From the NCBI RefSeq assembly GCF_009914755.1, contig NC_060925.1: DNA of 64,000 bases, one strand, 5' to 3'. A model generated the notes under the pieces. It did no database searches, was not told the DNA's origin, and saw only the letters and a program-made list of their open reading frames with translations. The translations under genes were made by a program, and so were the position numbers. Of the stretch, positions 38,747 through 52,478 are shown one piece after another (the first letter of the stretch is position 1; each line of letters starts with the position of its first letter). This stretch comes from the human T2T-CHM13v2.0 reference genome, Homo sapiens.

Positions 38747-39385
38747 TATCAGAGACATTTGAACCAGAGCAACTCTACCTTGAATAGGGCTGGGTAAAAT
38801 GAGGCCGAGGCCTATTGTGCTGCATTCCCAGGAGTTTAGGCATTCTCAGTCACAGGATGGGAGAGAAGGTCACAAGATACAGGTCATAAAGACCCCGCTG
38901 ATAAAGCAGGATGCAGTAAAGAAGCCAGCCGAAACTGGCCAAAAACCACCAAAACCAAGATGGCAATGACAGTGACCTCTGGTTGTCCTCACTGCTCATT
39001 ATACACTAAGTATAATACATTAGCATGCTAAAAGACACTCTCACCAGCACCATGACAGTTGACAAATGTCATAGCAAAGCCTAGAGGTTACCCTATATGG
39101 TCTAAAAAGGGGAGGAACCCTAGTTCCGGGAATTGCCTGCCCCTTTCTAGGACAGCTCATGAATTACCCACCCCTTGTTTAGCATATGATCAACAAATAA
39201 CCATAAAAATAGCAACCAGCAGCCTCTGGGGCTGCTCTGTCTATGGAGTAGCCATTCTTTTGTTTCTTTACGTCTCTAATAAACTTGCTTTCACTTTACT
39301 CTGTGGACTCATCCCCAAATTCTTTCTTGGGTGAAATCTAAGAACCCTCTATTGGGGTCTGAATTGGGACTCCTTTCTGGTAACA
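38747..39385 (+). mobile_element. MER41 (probably MER41B) solo LTR, 639 bp, antisense to TGFBR3
   Basis: Starts tatcagagacatttgaaccagagcaactc (decayed TG start), ends ctggtaaca; 4-bp TSD AAAT; AATAAA near 39278. Confidence 0.88.
39124..39132. promoter_or_regulatory. GAS (STAT1) motif TTCCGGGAA in MER41
   Basis: Canonical TTCNNNGAA; a second degenerate site TTCTAGGAC at 39145-39153. Function not shown. Confidence 0.55.
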
Positions 39386-41250
39386 AAATCACTTTCATAG
39401 TACAAAATGGAGCCAGCTGCTGCCCAATTGTGATTACTCTGCAACACAATTTATATTCTTATTTCTTTCTCCTGAACCCAATAAAAAGGAACTATTTGGA
39501 CCATCCATTTATATAAAGACTGGGTCTATTATAACTTTCAAATGGTTGAAAACCAATCAATAAAAGTAAAACAAACAACAACAAAAATGTTGCCGAGAAC
39601 ATCTCATGTACACTTCACAACAACTTTAGGACGGCCAGAAAAATGAATTAAAGATTATTTTGCTTCTTCAAACAGCATAGTTGAGTATTACAACTGAAAG
39701 GACCTTTTGGAAGTCACCCAGTCCAAACCTCTCCTTTCCAGATAGAGAAAATGAAACCCAAAGAGCTGGTGGTAGGGGGGTTCTCCAATGTCCCACAGCC
39801 AGTTAGCAGAGAAAGCTAAAAGCAGTGCCTTAGGCTCCCAGCTCCAATCCAGTGTGCCTGCCACCTATACTCTTCTGCCATTTTGAGGGAGCACATTCAT
39901 TCATAGGAAGGGGGCAGATGCCACCACCAGATACACAATTGGAATGGCACAGCTGTTTTCACAGAGGTTAGTCAACCAATAAGACACTAGACAGTACCTG
40001 CATGCCTCTGTTCTGGTAGGTTCTGCCCACTGTCCAGGGGTCACCCCTGCTGCCTAGTCTTGCCAAATCCCAATCCAACATGCTCAGATCAGGAATGCCA
40101 TCCCAGGGCCACACCAAACCCTAGATCTGGTGTCAGCACCACCCAGCAGGCCTTCCAGCTAATACCCTGAAACTGGAGCCAGACAGTGTGCTGGCTTTTG
40201 TCAAGGCCCTTGGTGCCCAGGCTCCTCTGTGCCCCTCAGAGTGGCGAGAGGCAGCCTGTAGCTCTAATCCTGAAATATCTAACCCCGCTTGGAATCCACT
40301 TTCACTCTCCCAGCCTTCTCTCAGTTTGACACCCTTAGATATCAATGTTACTAGATGGTGACAACTGTAATTGCCTAGATATCCCATGTGACATTTGGTT
40401 CCACCCCTCAGATGCTGACAGCTGCCTGGTGTGTCCTTGCTTGTTTATAACCCTTGGAGCTGTGATGCGGGTCCTTGTCAGATGCTCTTCTCACCGCCCA
40501 CAGGGCCTCATATCCACTCCTAACATTTGTTAGGGCCCAGTTCTGCCTCTCTACTGCTCTGGCTGGCCAGACCCATGCCAGGTCTGGCTCTGCCCTGCCT
40601 GTCCTCTCAGGTACTGATGCCACACCCCTTAGGGCACAGCCTTCCTTTTCTCACAGAAGATACAGCTTGCTGAATGTTCCTGCTTGTGGAGAAAGAGGCA
40701 TGCTTGGCTCCAAGCAACAAATGTGATTGTGCAAAATTCTGAAAACTGAATTTTAAGATGCATTTGGGCAGTGGTTCTCATCTGTTACACCTAAGATGAA
40801 TAATGTTCACATATTCTCAAAGGCATTTGCAATTTTGATAAAGCAATACAATAGGTTATAGCCAGCATAAACTTTAGCAGTAGATCACAGAAAGATGAAC
40901 TGTGGATTGTGTGCAATTCCCGGGACATGGGACTAACTAGAACCCTTTTTTGCATACTCAAGGAAGCATATTTGAATGCAAGGGAGAGTGACCTTATGAC
41001 AGGAACAACCTAGACCTGATTCTTTTTACAGAGGAAATCATTTTCAAATAGATTACTTACAACTAAGCCATAATGGCTGTAAGAGAACCAGCTAAAGAAA
41101 AGACTCTTCGGGCAAAAAATGGTCTTCTAAAGTAACTAACTGGCCCTTTAGTTATCTTGTGAATAAAGCTGGACTTTGATTTACACTATTGGGTCTTCTT
41201 AACAAGCAGAGCTCAGGCCCCATGCTCTGATCGTGCCTCCCAAAGCACAC

Positions 41251-41371
41251 CTTTAGATTCTGCTTCATGGTGGATCACAGCAAGGGGCTTAGTGAACGTC
41301 TTCTTATTCTGCATCATGGCCCAGATTATCGAGGCGTCCAGCGAGGTGCAGGCTTCGTCAGGAGGCACACA
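41251..41371 (-). CDS. TGFBR3: TGFBR3 exon 14 (121 nt)
   Basis: cag|TGTGTG...CTAAAG|gtgtgc; CVPPDEACTSLDASIIWAMMQNKKTFTKPLAVIHHEAESK(E). Confidence 0.97.
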
Positions 41372-41762
41372 CTGCAGACAGGCAGAACAAAGCACAGAAT
41401 CAGGGGCCACTCAAAAGTGCCTTCACCAGCTCTACCTGCACAGCTGTCCTGTGGCCTTTTATCAGACAGCACACAGCTGTTCACTACAGAAAAGCAAGAA
41501 GGTGGGTGTTTTTCAGAGAACACCAAATAACCTGGGAGATATGACAGCAGGCCCAGTGGATTTTTGGTTGTACCTGAAGATGCAAATATCACTGGATAGC
41601 TTCTCAATATTGTCCTCCCCCTCCCCTTCTTCTCACAAAACTAAACATTTTAGTGTTAGTTTGAAAAACAGAAAAACTATATGCCTAGTGTTGGTCCTCA
41701 CCAAGCTGGGCTTCATATACACGGTTCATGTTTGTGATTGGTGATTGTGGGAAATTTCCCAT

Positions 41763-42035
41763 AAAGACGCTCCTCAACTTATGATGAGGTTACATCTTGA
41801 CAAACCCACTGTAAACTGAAAATATCACTAAGTTGAAAATGTGTTTAATACACCTAAAGTACCGAACAACACAGCTTAGTCCAGCCTACTTTAAACATGC
41901 TCAGAACACTTACGTTAACCTACAGCTGGAAAAATCATGTAACACAAAGCTTATTTCATAACAAAGTGTTGAATAGCTCACATAATTTATTGAATACTTA
42001 GATTGAAAAACAGAATGGTTGTATGGGGACTGTCT
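41763..42035. mobile_element. Tigger-family MITE (MER47/Tigger5-like)
   Basis: gacgctcctcaacttatgatgaggttacatc...aaacagaatggttgtatggg. Confidence 0.7.
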
Positions 42036-42308
42036 ATACTGCATTATGAAGGTGACAGATTTTACATTTTTCTCCAATAAGATAATCATGTTGCTGAGTT
42101 TGTTTCATTTTTAATCCTGGTATAGGCTCATGTAAAACTAAACTTTCCAGGGTCATCTGCTTTTAATGTTTCAAAATGCAGATCCTGGGGGCTGTGCCCA
42201 GGTTGTGGAGGCCATGAGATTAGCCGCTTCAAACCTATTAATGAGCATGCTCAGGCCCACTACATCTGTTTTGAAAAAATATGATCACACTCCGCACTTT
42301 TTCTTTAA

Positions 42309-42637
<329 letters not shown>

Positions 42638-44830
42638 TAATAGGTATAACTCTAAAGTAAATGACAGCTTCTATGGTAAGAAGACATATTAATACAGCCA
42701 TCATTTTAAGTCTATAGCAGGCATCCCAAAAAGCTAATCAAGTTCCATCTTTTCCAAACACAAAAGAGCAAAGACTTTAGGCCTTGCTGTCATTGCTGCT
42801 CTGAGCAACATGCCAGTCAGACACTTCTTATAAGACAACCCTCACTGCCCTACTCTTACCCCCTCAAAAAGAGAAAAGCCTTTAACAAGAGCCCTCTTGT
42901 AAAGAAAAACAACAAATTTTCTGTGGAGAGGCATGATGACTGAAAAGAGTTGCATTTTGCTTTCCTGTTTTAGTTTACTGTTACTTTCCTATTGAGCTCT
43001 TCAGTTAAGCAAGAGTCTATGATTCCGCATTTAACTCAGTGGAGTGTGACCCTGGGCAAGACACTCTGCTCTCCGGGTCTCGGTTTCATCAGCAAAGGGC
43101 AGGGTTGGTCTCAACAATCTCTGAGATCTCTTCCTAGAAGATTCTTTGGCGCTCTCTATTGTCACAGAAAGCACTCAGAAAATAATAGAAATGTGAAAAT
43201 ATTACCTATAAGCAGCAAACAGAAAGACAGTGGTAACAGCTCATCCAAGCCTCTGCCAGATAAAGGGCTGTCATTGTACATACTGTCCTATTTGCTCCTC
43301 TACCCAGGAGGGAAGCCAGGTATGATTATAACAGTATATGAGGAAATACAGGCTCTAAGGGGTCCAGAGACTGGCTTAAAGTCCCATTGGTGGCAGCAGA
43401 GCTTCCTTCTCAGTCCCAGGCTCTTTCCATGTTATCTTACCTTGGGGGTAAAGGGCGACTTGAGGTTTAGGGTTATATCCCATCATGTCATCCCCTGAGG
43501 CTTAGAACTCTCTTTACGATTAATTTTCCCAGATTAACACACATGAAGCTGGGCTGTTCCAGGCCAGGTCAGAGAGAAGTAACAGCCAAAGCCACAGCAA
43601 AGATCCCTGGTAACTGCTAGGTCTCCCCTCCAAGACCTCTAACCCTTAAACGTTACCCTTCTGCCCACAGGAAGCAGCTGGTCCCACAGCCACACATGAA
43701 GCTCCTCATGGCTCTCTACCACTGTCCACTAAGCCCCAACCCTGATGGTGAATGCCTACAAGGCTAAGGCATCACCGCCGCAAAAGCAAACCTAGGAATA
43801 TAGTCTAAATCACTGTATATGTGCTCCCCAATGATTATGATCATATCTGCTCTATTTTCGTATGCAAACAAAATTCTCTTGGGTGTTATCAGAGAAAAGG
43901 ATGCCCAGGGGACTATAATGATGCAAGGAATTCAGATCAATTGTAATCTATTTGGAAATGGTGGTTTTTCCTCCTACCTCCATACCTAAGACTTAAAATC
44001 TGTGAGTTAAATGAGAAAATTCCATACATACATTATTAATAACACTGCTTGATTCTTAGCCTTTTAGACATTGATATATGACTGCGAAAGGACTGGAAAT
44101 CAGTTTACTCTGTGTGAGATAGCCACAGAATAAATGCACATATGAAATTATACATAATTATGGCAGATCACAGAAACAAAACTATGGCAGAAGATACCTT
44201 TCATATACAAGACCAACCTAGTGGGTATCATAGTTAACCTTGCAGATCTCCCCTATCAAATGCATTCCACCAAGGTCAAATGGTTCTGCTTTTTGTTATG
44301 GCAATAGAACATTCAATCTGGAGAGTGACAGGAGGCAAATATGATGAACTGATATGAAACTGAGAAAAGCTAAAATATTTGTTAGTTTCCCCTAGAAGTC
44401 TCCCTGAGACAAGTCAACCTTATATTTCACACAGAAAAGGTTAAAAAACAATGACAATGCCAGTCCCAGCAGGACCTGGAAAAATTAATTCTCACAATGA
44501 ACTTGTCCTTTCGGCTTGCTGTGTTTTTGGCCTGCAAACTATCTGAAAAGCAAAGATAAAGCCAGAAATCTCCCTCCATGGAAAAGCGTCTTGATTTATC
44601 ACTCGTAAGGTACTACTAAGTAGCACGCATGGAAAAAAGAAACTCATGCTGTCAGGATTTATTATCTAAGACTCCATAAAACTCACAGTTCCCTGCTAAT
44701 AGTGACTTTAATATTTCAGTTGGGCAGTTCCAAAACAAAAAACCTCAACCTGCAAGACCTTGGGATTAAACTTTTCTGCCTCACCTAAAAATGCCAAAAT
44801 AACCATCCGAATGGATGAAGGCCCACAAAC

Positions 44831-45130
44831 CTTAGGCAACTTCTGGGGGTGCTTCTCCATCTTCGTACACAGCGTCAGCTCACACTGTAGAAAGAGCAGT
44901 GAGGTGTTGAAGACAGGCTTGAAGACAAAGCTGAATCGCTTCTTATCCATGTCAGCTTGCGGGATAGGAAAGTGCACTCTCTTGGGACTGTAGAATTTCA
45001 CAGATTCATCTTTAGGACAAATATTCTCAATAATGGTGTAATGAGACATCCTATCAGGGTTCGAATATGGAGAGATAAAGCACGTTTGGATGGCAAATCC
45101 CAGTTCTTGTTCAGCCTTAGTAACAGATAC
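44831..45130 (-). CDS. TGFBR3: TGFBR3 exon 13 (300 nt, ZP-C)
   Basis: tag|GTATCT...CCTAAG|gtttgt; VSVTKAEQELGFAIQTCF...HPQKLPK. Confidence 0.97.
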
Positions 45131-47939
45131 CTATGAAAGAACAGAAAGATGAATTAGGAAATGAGTTAGCATCTCACTTTCACTTTAGGCACAAGGACCA
45201 TATGCCAAGACAGCCCTTCAGATGACACGCTGCTTTATCTTCATAACATAGTTATAGCCTTCTTTCTAATTACAAAAGTAACACACACACATTGAAAGAA
45301 AAAGATATTTTCCACTTCAATTTGATATAGATGATGACAGTGAATTATTTCTTTCAAATATTAGTCCATTAGATTCAAATACAAGATGAGTAAGTCTCTT
45401 CCACCTCCCAATGAGTCCTCTGAGAGCTAAAAATAAAAACATATTTTGCATTTAAAGTGGATTTTCCGAAGTAAATAAAACACCAGTAGGCAAAGTCCCT
45501 AATGTTTTAATAGTACAACACTTATAAGCTAAGCTCTTTTTAAAGACTGACCAAAAAATAGAGTTCAGCGGCAAAATCTATTTAACCTAGGCAGGAAGAC
45601 TGAGCTTCTAAATTGCAAAAAGTCAGAGTAAGCCTGATGAGAGTCCTGCTTCATCGGCGAGAAGGCAGAGCTGGCTCCGGCGCTGGGTGTCAGTGACGGT
45701 GCAACCTGGAGGCCATCATGGGCCTGGTAAAGTGTCCCAGCTGCTCACAGATCCAAATCAGCCTTGCCAAGTACTCCCCCTTCGCTCCATAAGCCCAGGG
45801 GTAGTTTAGGGGAAATCTAATCTGGAAACGTTTCCGACTCATTTATACTTCCCCCTTTGAAAACACTTGTATGGGCTACGTCCAAATTTTGTTAAGGTTC
45901 TTTTCCTTAGAAACAGGAAGTAATGTTTAGCCAAGTGTAAACAGAATTCAAACCTCAACTATCCTGAACTTAGCTAAAATCCCCAGACCAGAGGAGATTC
46001 TCCATTTGGTGACACGTGGATCACTGCATGAACTGCCCCTCCCTGCTATGCCTCATTCTTTGACTAAATTTAGGATCAAAATAAACTTAAACACTTGTAG
46101 AAACAGCTAGTCCTTACCCATAGACCAACAGCCGCAGAATCATTTCAAAAGACATGGAGATAGAAACAGACTTTCCACGCTGAGATACCCAGGGGAAACC
46201 CCTGACATCACATGGGGCTTTGAATCCGCAGCACTGTTGTGAAAGATTCCTACGTGGTGGTTAACTGCAGGACACTCAACAGTGAAAATGCTAATGAAGA
46301 GGATTCTGATAATGTCACTGTGGTGACATTCTGTAAATACTAACACTTCAGTATTTTTGCAATACTTCTGAAAAACAAGATATTCTATCTTGGAAAGGTG
46401 GCAAATTACATATGTGCTATTACTAAAAACTGCCGTTTAACATGAACTCAGAAACCACATGCCAAAATGTGTAACAGAGGGACTGCAAATCTCTTCTCTA
46501 ATCTCAAAAGAAAGTATGTAGCGGCAGAATGTCTAAGGTATCCCAAAAAGGGATACCTTTGTAGCAGAGGGAAAAAATATATATTATTTTTTAATATATT
46601 TTATGTATATATAGTTTATATATATAAATTATCAGCAAATCTTTTACTAAAAAGGATTTTACTTTTAGACCAGAAGTGAGTAGGAGAAGGACTACGGGCT
46701 TTGTAGTGAGACGAGCTCATAAAAATTACATGCTCTCCTGCTCACGTGCTGGGCACCGAGACTCAGTTTACTCACCTACAGAATGAGAACACGAATACCC
46801 ACAAGATATCATAATTGTGAAAACTAGCAAAGTAAAAGTTACATGCAAACAACACAGTTCCCAGAGTGTCAATAAATGCTACCTATTAGTAATAGTAGTA
46901 TTCTAGATTTAAAATTTTGGGTTATTAACAACTGGGTTTGTAAATTCCCCAAGACAAATGAACCAAAAGAAAACTGCCATTATGTGACCAACAGTCACCT
47001 GGAGATGACCAATGAACAGGTGGCAACACTGTTAACTTGGATTATGAAAGGGACTGTATGGTGTAGAGGGAATAGAGGATAAACTATGAGAAATATAGGT
47101 GATATATGAAAAGGTATAAATGGGAAAACAAGAATGGAAAAAAAAAACTACCAATAACACACTTCAAGTAAGCCAGCATTTGAAGGATGGGGGAAAAAAC
47201 CCAAAATATCCAGGGTAAGGTACAGGAGGAAGATTGACCACTGATTAGCATAAATCAGCAAAGCCAGGCATAGATTTGGAAAAGAACAATCTGCAATTAT
47301 GCAGCACCCCTGAAATCCACAGCGCAATAGGGTGCTGTTGACCAACTGCCCATGTGAACTGTACAGCCAGAAAAGCAAGAGAAAAACAGCCATCTTGGCT
47401 TAGGAAAAGCATGTAGAAGGCAGTATATTTTCCCCAATGGAGAAAGAAGGTGTGCTCAAAGAAAGAGAACTCTCAGAATGGGGGAGGGGCAGAATCCATA
47501 TGATCAAGGAAAACAACATCTAGCGCCAGCGGGCTCTGTCCCAGAGTCAGTGCGAATGTGAGAGTTATGTGTCTTTCCAAAACAGAAACACGTGCACCAA
47601 AGTCACTTTTAACATATGGAAGTACCCCACTTTGACCCTTTAAGCTTCTCACCCCTCCCACTATGAAGCTGAGCTTGCAGCTGAGCACCAAAACCAGCTC
47701 ATTAGATGAGGACCTTCCCATAAGACCAACAGATGATATGCCCACTTGAAACACTAAGGTTGAAACATGAAAGGTTGTACCCAGGGCACAAGAAACAGCA
47801 GACATCCTGGTGCCATAAGGACATTTATCTTTTCTAGAATCCACTCTCTGAACCTGGATGTTTGCATTGATAAGACGTTATGTTTTCTCCCCTTTCAAAT
47901 GGCACTTTGGAGATAAGTGATAGTCGTATCCAGCGAAGA

Positions 47940-48160
47940 TCAGTCAGAGCTCTGGAGTCACACGGCCTATGAGCACTGAATCTGAACTCCACTAGTACCA
48001 GCTGTGTGGCCTCAGACAAATTTGTGCCTCAATTTTCTCATCCATAAAATGAAGATATTATTAGCCTCCCTTATAGGATGGCTCTAAAGAGTTAACTAAC
48101 TGCTGCAATACTTACAACTCTGTTTGGCACATAATAAATCTGCAGCAAATGTTAGATGTT
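47940..48160 (+). mobile_element. MIR
   Basis: gctctggagtcacacgg...gtgcctcaattttctcatccataaaatgaagat. Confidence 0.7.
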
Positions 48161-48823
48161 GTTATTTCATTATTACCGCCACTGCCTAATATTGTGTAGT
48201 CACTCCAGATTCCAGATTTAGGTTGCACATGATTATTAACATTATATATAGGAAATAGTTTAAATAAGTTTATACAGATACTCAGATCATGATCTAGAAA
48301 AAAAAATGTCATGAGTTATAATAGCACATAGCATTTCACTTAAAAGTGAGTGCAATTTAAAAGATAACAAGTCAGTTTCAGTGGCGGCATGGACCCACAG
48401 GGATTTGGCTGCCCTGCTGGGGGCTAAGGGGACTGTGCAGGGAAAAAAAAAGAAATAAAAGATAACATATGAGGTGGTTTTGAAATATTCCATGGTTAAC
48501 TCTAACACCGCAACTACTGAACTACTGTTCCAAAAGCAAAGGACAGGGCTTTACCAGTAGAATTCACACTTGCCAATTTTTTTTTTTGTTAACATTCATC
48601 TACAAAATACTGTCTTCACTTAGCATAATGTATTAAATCTTGAAATTTCCTGCTTTGGTCAGAAGTCAGTCTGGAAGCGTTCTCTGAGCCAATCCCTCAT
48701 CAGACCTGTTGAAGGTCTGTGAGGTAGGACAGGAAGAGGTCTGTACAGGGTATTTTAGCTGATGTCTAAGGAACTATAGCCCAGCACTAACCTAAAAGGT
48801 CAAGGCTAACTTTCAGGTCTCAC

Positions 48824-48982
48824 CTCAACATAAACGTGTCCATTCTCTGGCACAGAGAAGACGCCCTGGGAGGGCACCAAAAAGAGGTCAGTGTTGTATA
48901 GCTCCATGTTGAAGGTGATGTTTCCGTGGGGCTGTTCCTGGAAGCTGCTGGGGTTCCTCACCTGCTGAAGGCTGCAATTAAA
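48824..48982 (-). CDS. TGFBR3: TGFBR3 exon 12 (159 nt)
   Basis: cag|TTTAAT...GTTGAG|gtgaga; FNCSLQQVRNPSS...GHVYVE. Confidence 0.97.
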
Positions 48983-49155
48983 CTGGAAATAACAACCCAC
49001 AGGAAGATTAATGACAGTCATATGAAGGATGAAGGCCCTGTAGCTTCATGAGCTTTGGCTTTTAACATCTGATTTTATTTTCAGATAGTCCCTAACTAAA
49101 GCCAACAAAATAGACAGCATTTTCCACAAACCCCCTACTGATAACAAACACATAC

Positions 49156-49296
49156 CACCACGATTTCAGGTCGGGTGAACAGGGAAGCATCTCCTTCATC
49201 CATATCTCCCGGAAATCCATTATCACCTGACTCCAGATCTTCATAACCATCTGGCCAACCACTACTGTCCCCAAGGGCTGGAACCTGTATCACAAT
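49156..49296 (-). CDS. TGFBR3: TGFBR3 exon 11 (141 nt; carries the Ser-Gly glycosaminoglycan attachment sites)
   Basis: tag|ATTGTG...GTGGTG|gtatgt; IVIQVPALGDSSGWPDGYEDLESGDNGFPGDMDEGDASLFTRPEIVV. Confidence 0.97.
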
Positions 49297-49731
49297 CTAA
49301 AAGGCAAAGAAAGCACAGCCAATGTTATAAAAACACCAAACCATGTGTGTTTGGTTCTGCCTCACACAAACACTCATGTAATCATTCTGATGCAAATTGA
49401 AAATCTGACTTTAAGACAAAATAATAAAATAACATCCAGGCTTTTTCGAATTATATCTTCAAAGTGATGAAGAATAAGGAGAAACCCAATGCAGGTTCAA
49501 GTTAAAAGCTAAACTAATATTTGTATCTTCTCTTGTGAAAAATAAATATTTATGTTGTAACCATATTGAATAATTACAAATGATTTCAAATGGTGGGAAA
49601 ACACTAGATACTAGAATGGAGTTGAATGGAGTTGTCAAGAGACTTGCCTATACCGTGAGAAGGGGCTTCCCCTTAAGAGTCTTTATATTATAAACTCTAA
49701 GAACTACTAGCAGTTGGCGAATACAAGAAGC

Positions 49732-49868
49732 TTTGGTTATATATATCCTTTAAGAGTTGTAGAAAGTTTGGTTGGAGTCAGCAGCGAAGGACCTAATGTT
49801 TGGTTATATATATCCTTTAAGAGTTGTAGAAAGTTTGGTTGGAGTCAGCAGCGAAGGACCTAATGTTT
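49732..49868. repeat. Perfect 67-bp tandem duplication
   Basis: Copies start at 49732 and 49799; TTT microhomology at the junctions. Confidence 0.95.
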
Positions 49869-51899
49869 ACTATGGAGCACATCTCTTCATTGCCGCTCTT
49901 GTACCCCTCTAACTTTTGCTCATTTCTTCCCTAAGAAATCTTTCTCTATGGTGTATGGATGTGGAAAAGAATACGTTTTATTCCAGGAATCTTTTTTTTC
50001 CACCTTTTTCGCTATCCACCTGCAGATATATTCCCGGAATCTATCTTGACATAGGTTGAAATTATGATTCCTGGATTATTTCTAAATAGGATGAGAAAAT
50101 TCACCCAAGGGTCATGACGCCATAAATGAAATCCTAATTTCTTTTGCTTCACATGCTTGGATTCTGAACATGATGCAAAATAGAAATATATAGTAAGTCT
50201 GAAAATTACTACAAACAATTATAATTGGTGAGAACAGCTAAAACAGTCTCCAAAGGGAGTAGGATGGGAAGAAAATTAAAAAAAAAAAAAAAACTGCCTT
50301 TCTCTCTGTACCAGGTCCTCCAAAGAAAGTACTGACGCCAATTAAAGGAAGCATCTAGGATATTGCTAAACTCAAAGATCATAATAAAGAAAAGAAAAAT
50401 ATGTGAGAAAAAAAGGAACTTTAAGGGATCATTACATGCCTTTCTCTCCTGAAGCAACTGACTTTTTTTTTTTTTTATTTTTTCTTAACAGACATATTAC
50501 TGTAGCCACTTTTGGTGTTAACTTGGACCCCAGTTTTAAAATGCCATAATCAAGTATTTCAGTAATATATGACATTCATTATATCTGTAGACACTGGATA
50601 ACTGAACGAAAATTCATGCTGCAATTATCAGGAGGTCAAAGGTTAATAAATTAATTATTTGAGTAACAAAAGGAGATTAGCAGGGCCTAGCCTGGTGTCT
50701 AGGAAAGATTAGTGGACAAGAGGTCAGGAAGTTGGATTCAGTCGTCCTGGCTCTGCCATTAGCCCATCCCTGGAGTTTAAAAAAGCAAGTCTTTTTAACT
50801 TCTTGGAGTTCAGTTTCCTCACCTGTGAAATGAAGAAGCTGAATAAGCTCATCTTAGGGTTATTTGCTGCTCCAACAGTCTAATATTCTCTGAGGAACAA
50901 TATGCTTGGGTTCATGGGAGAGTCACTTCCCACAGGAACCACGCTGACCAGAGCACCTGATTGCTAGCCTCTCTTCTCTGGATGGGGTCGAACTAGCAGC
51001 CACAGCTCAGCCACCCCATGTCAAAGCTGGATATGGCACTAAGAAGACACCCCCCCTCCCACCCCAACCCACCCTGTGTCAAAGGTGGACACAGGGATCT
51101 CTGAGCCTTATTTTTACCGTTAAAAGTAAAACCCAAAATGCAAAATCAGCACTTTAAAGTTCTTTTGGAACTTCACATTTTAAATTCTTTTAATATTCAC
51201 TGCCTAGTCTCTGCACCCAAGAGAATGGGTTTAATCTGAAAAGATTTTGACCAACTGAGAAGAAAGATTTCTGGAAAATGCAGCTTAGCTATTGCAACGG
51301 TTTATCATTGGGGGAAATCTGTGGAATCTTTCTCCAAGTAACTTCAAAAGTAGGAGAGTTTCTTCAATGTATGGTCTTTCTTAGAGGTGGAGAGAGACTT
51401 AATAATTCCTTAAAGGTCCTTTTTGAGTTTTAAATTCTCTTTTTGGATTTTTATTCATGAAGGAGGGAGAAGTTCTCCTACTTCTGGACGAGACTCAAAT
51501 GAGGCCAGAGAGACCACACATCTGGTTAACCCGGCTGTGCAGAGGTGCTGCTCGTTCATATAGCCCAGGGCCTTAAAATTTTATCCTTATAAGGGCCAGT
51601 TGAGCTTGGGCACTGAGAGAAGTCATAATCACCTTGACAGTGCAGCCTTTGTCATCAGGAGACGGAAACGGGGGGTGAGAAAACAGGCCTTCCAATTCCC
51701 AAAGACTCACCAATAAAACAAATAAAACCAAAGAGCTCAGGGTCAAAGTACATCCATTTTGTTGAGAACTGACACTTGGCTTTCTTCAGGCCTGGGGTGA
51801 AAACCCTCTTCATCTTCAAAGAAATGTTAAGACTAACTTTAAGGGAGCACACAGCCAGGCTCTGGCAAAGGGCAAAGCTTTGTTCTGGAAAACACTCAC

Positions 51900-52052
51900 G
51901 GAGTTATAGTAGACCACACCATCAAGGGCTGACCACCGGGGCCGAGTACCGCAGCCATTCAGAGGAGACTCCAAAACAAAGTGTGTGCCATTCATCTTGG
52001 CCTTGCAGGTAGGATCCAACAGGGTGACGTCCATCCCCGAGTAGCCACTGGC
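51900..52052 (-). CDS. TGFBR3: TGFBR3 exon 10 (153 nt, ZP-N)
   Basis: tag|GCCAGT...AACTCC|gtgagt; ASGYSGMDVTLLDPTC...VVYYNS. Confidence 0.97.
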
Positions 52053-52478
52053 CTAAAACAACAACCACCAAAGACATGGTTGGAGGCCCACAGGCAGTTC
52101 TGTTGTATAATTGACACAATTGACAATTGCCTGGTCTTCCAAGGACAGGCGATGAGAGGCCTGCATCGTGCCCCTTCCCCAAGTATCTCTTCCCAGCTGC
52201 CCGCCTCTCAACAGCTCAAGGGTAGTATCTGTTGGCCTTGGAAATTCAATAGCAAAATATTGACACACAAGGATCTGGAACCCCCACCCCGTCACTGAGA
52301 ACAACAGGAACCAGGTGAGAATCACAGCCAAGGGGAAGTAGGCCCATCCAACTGAGAAAACAGTATCAAGCCTCCGGAGTTCAAAAATGAAAGAGATAGG
52401 GAGAAATTACAGATGCAGACTAGGGCCAGATGGGAAAGGAGGTAGCCTCTCTTCCCTCCTGTAATCAGCTGCACCGAC

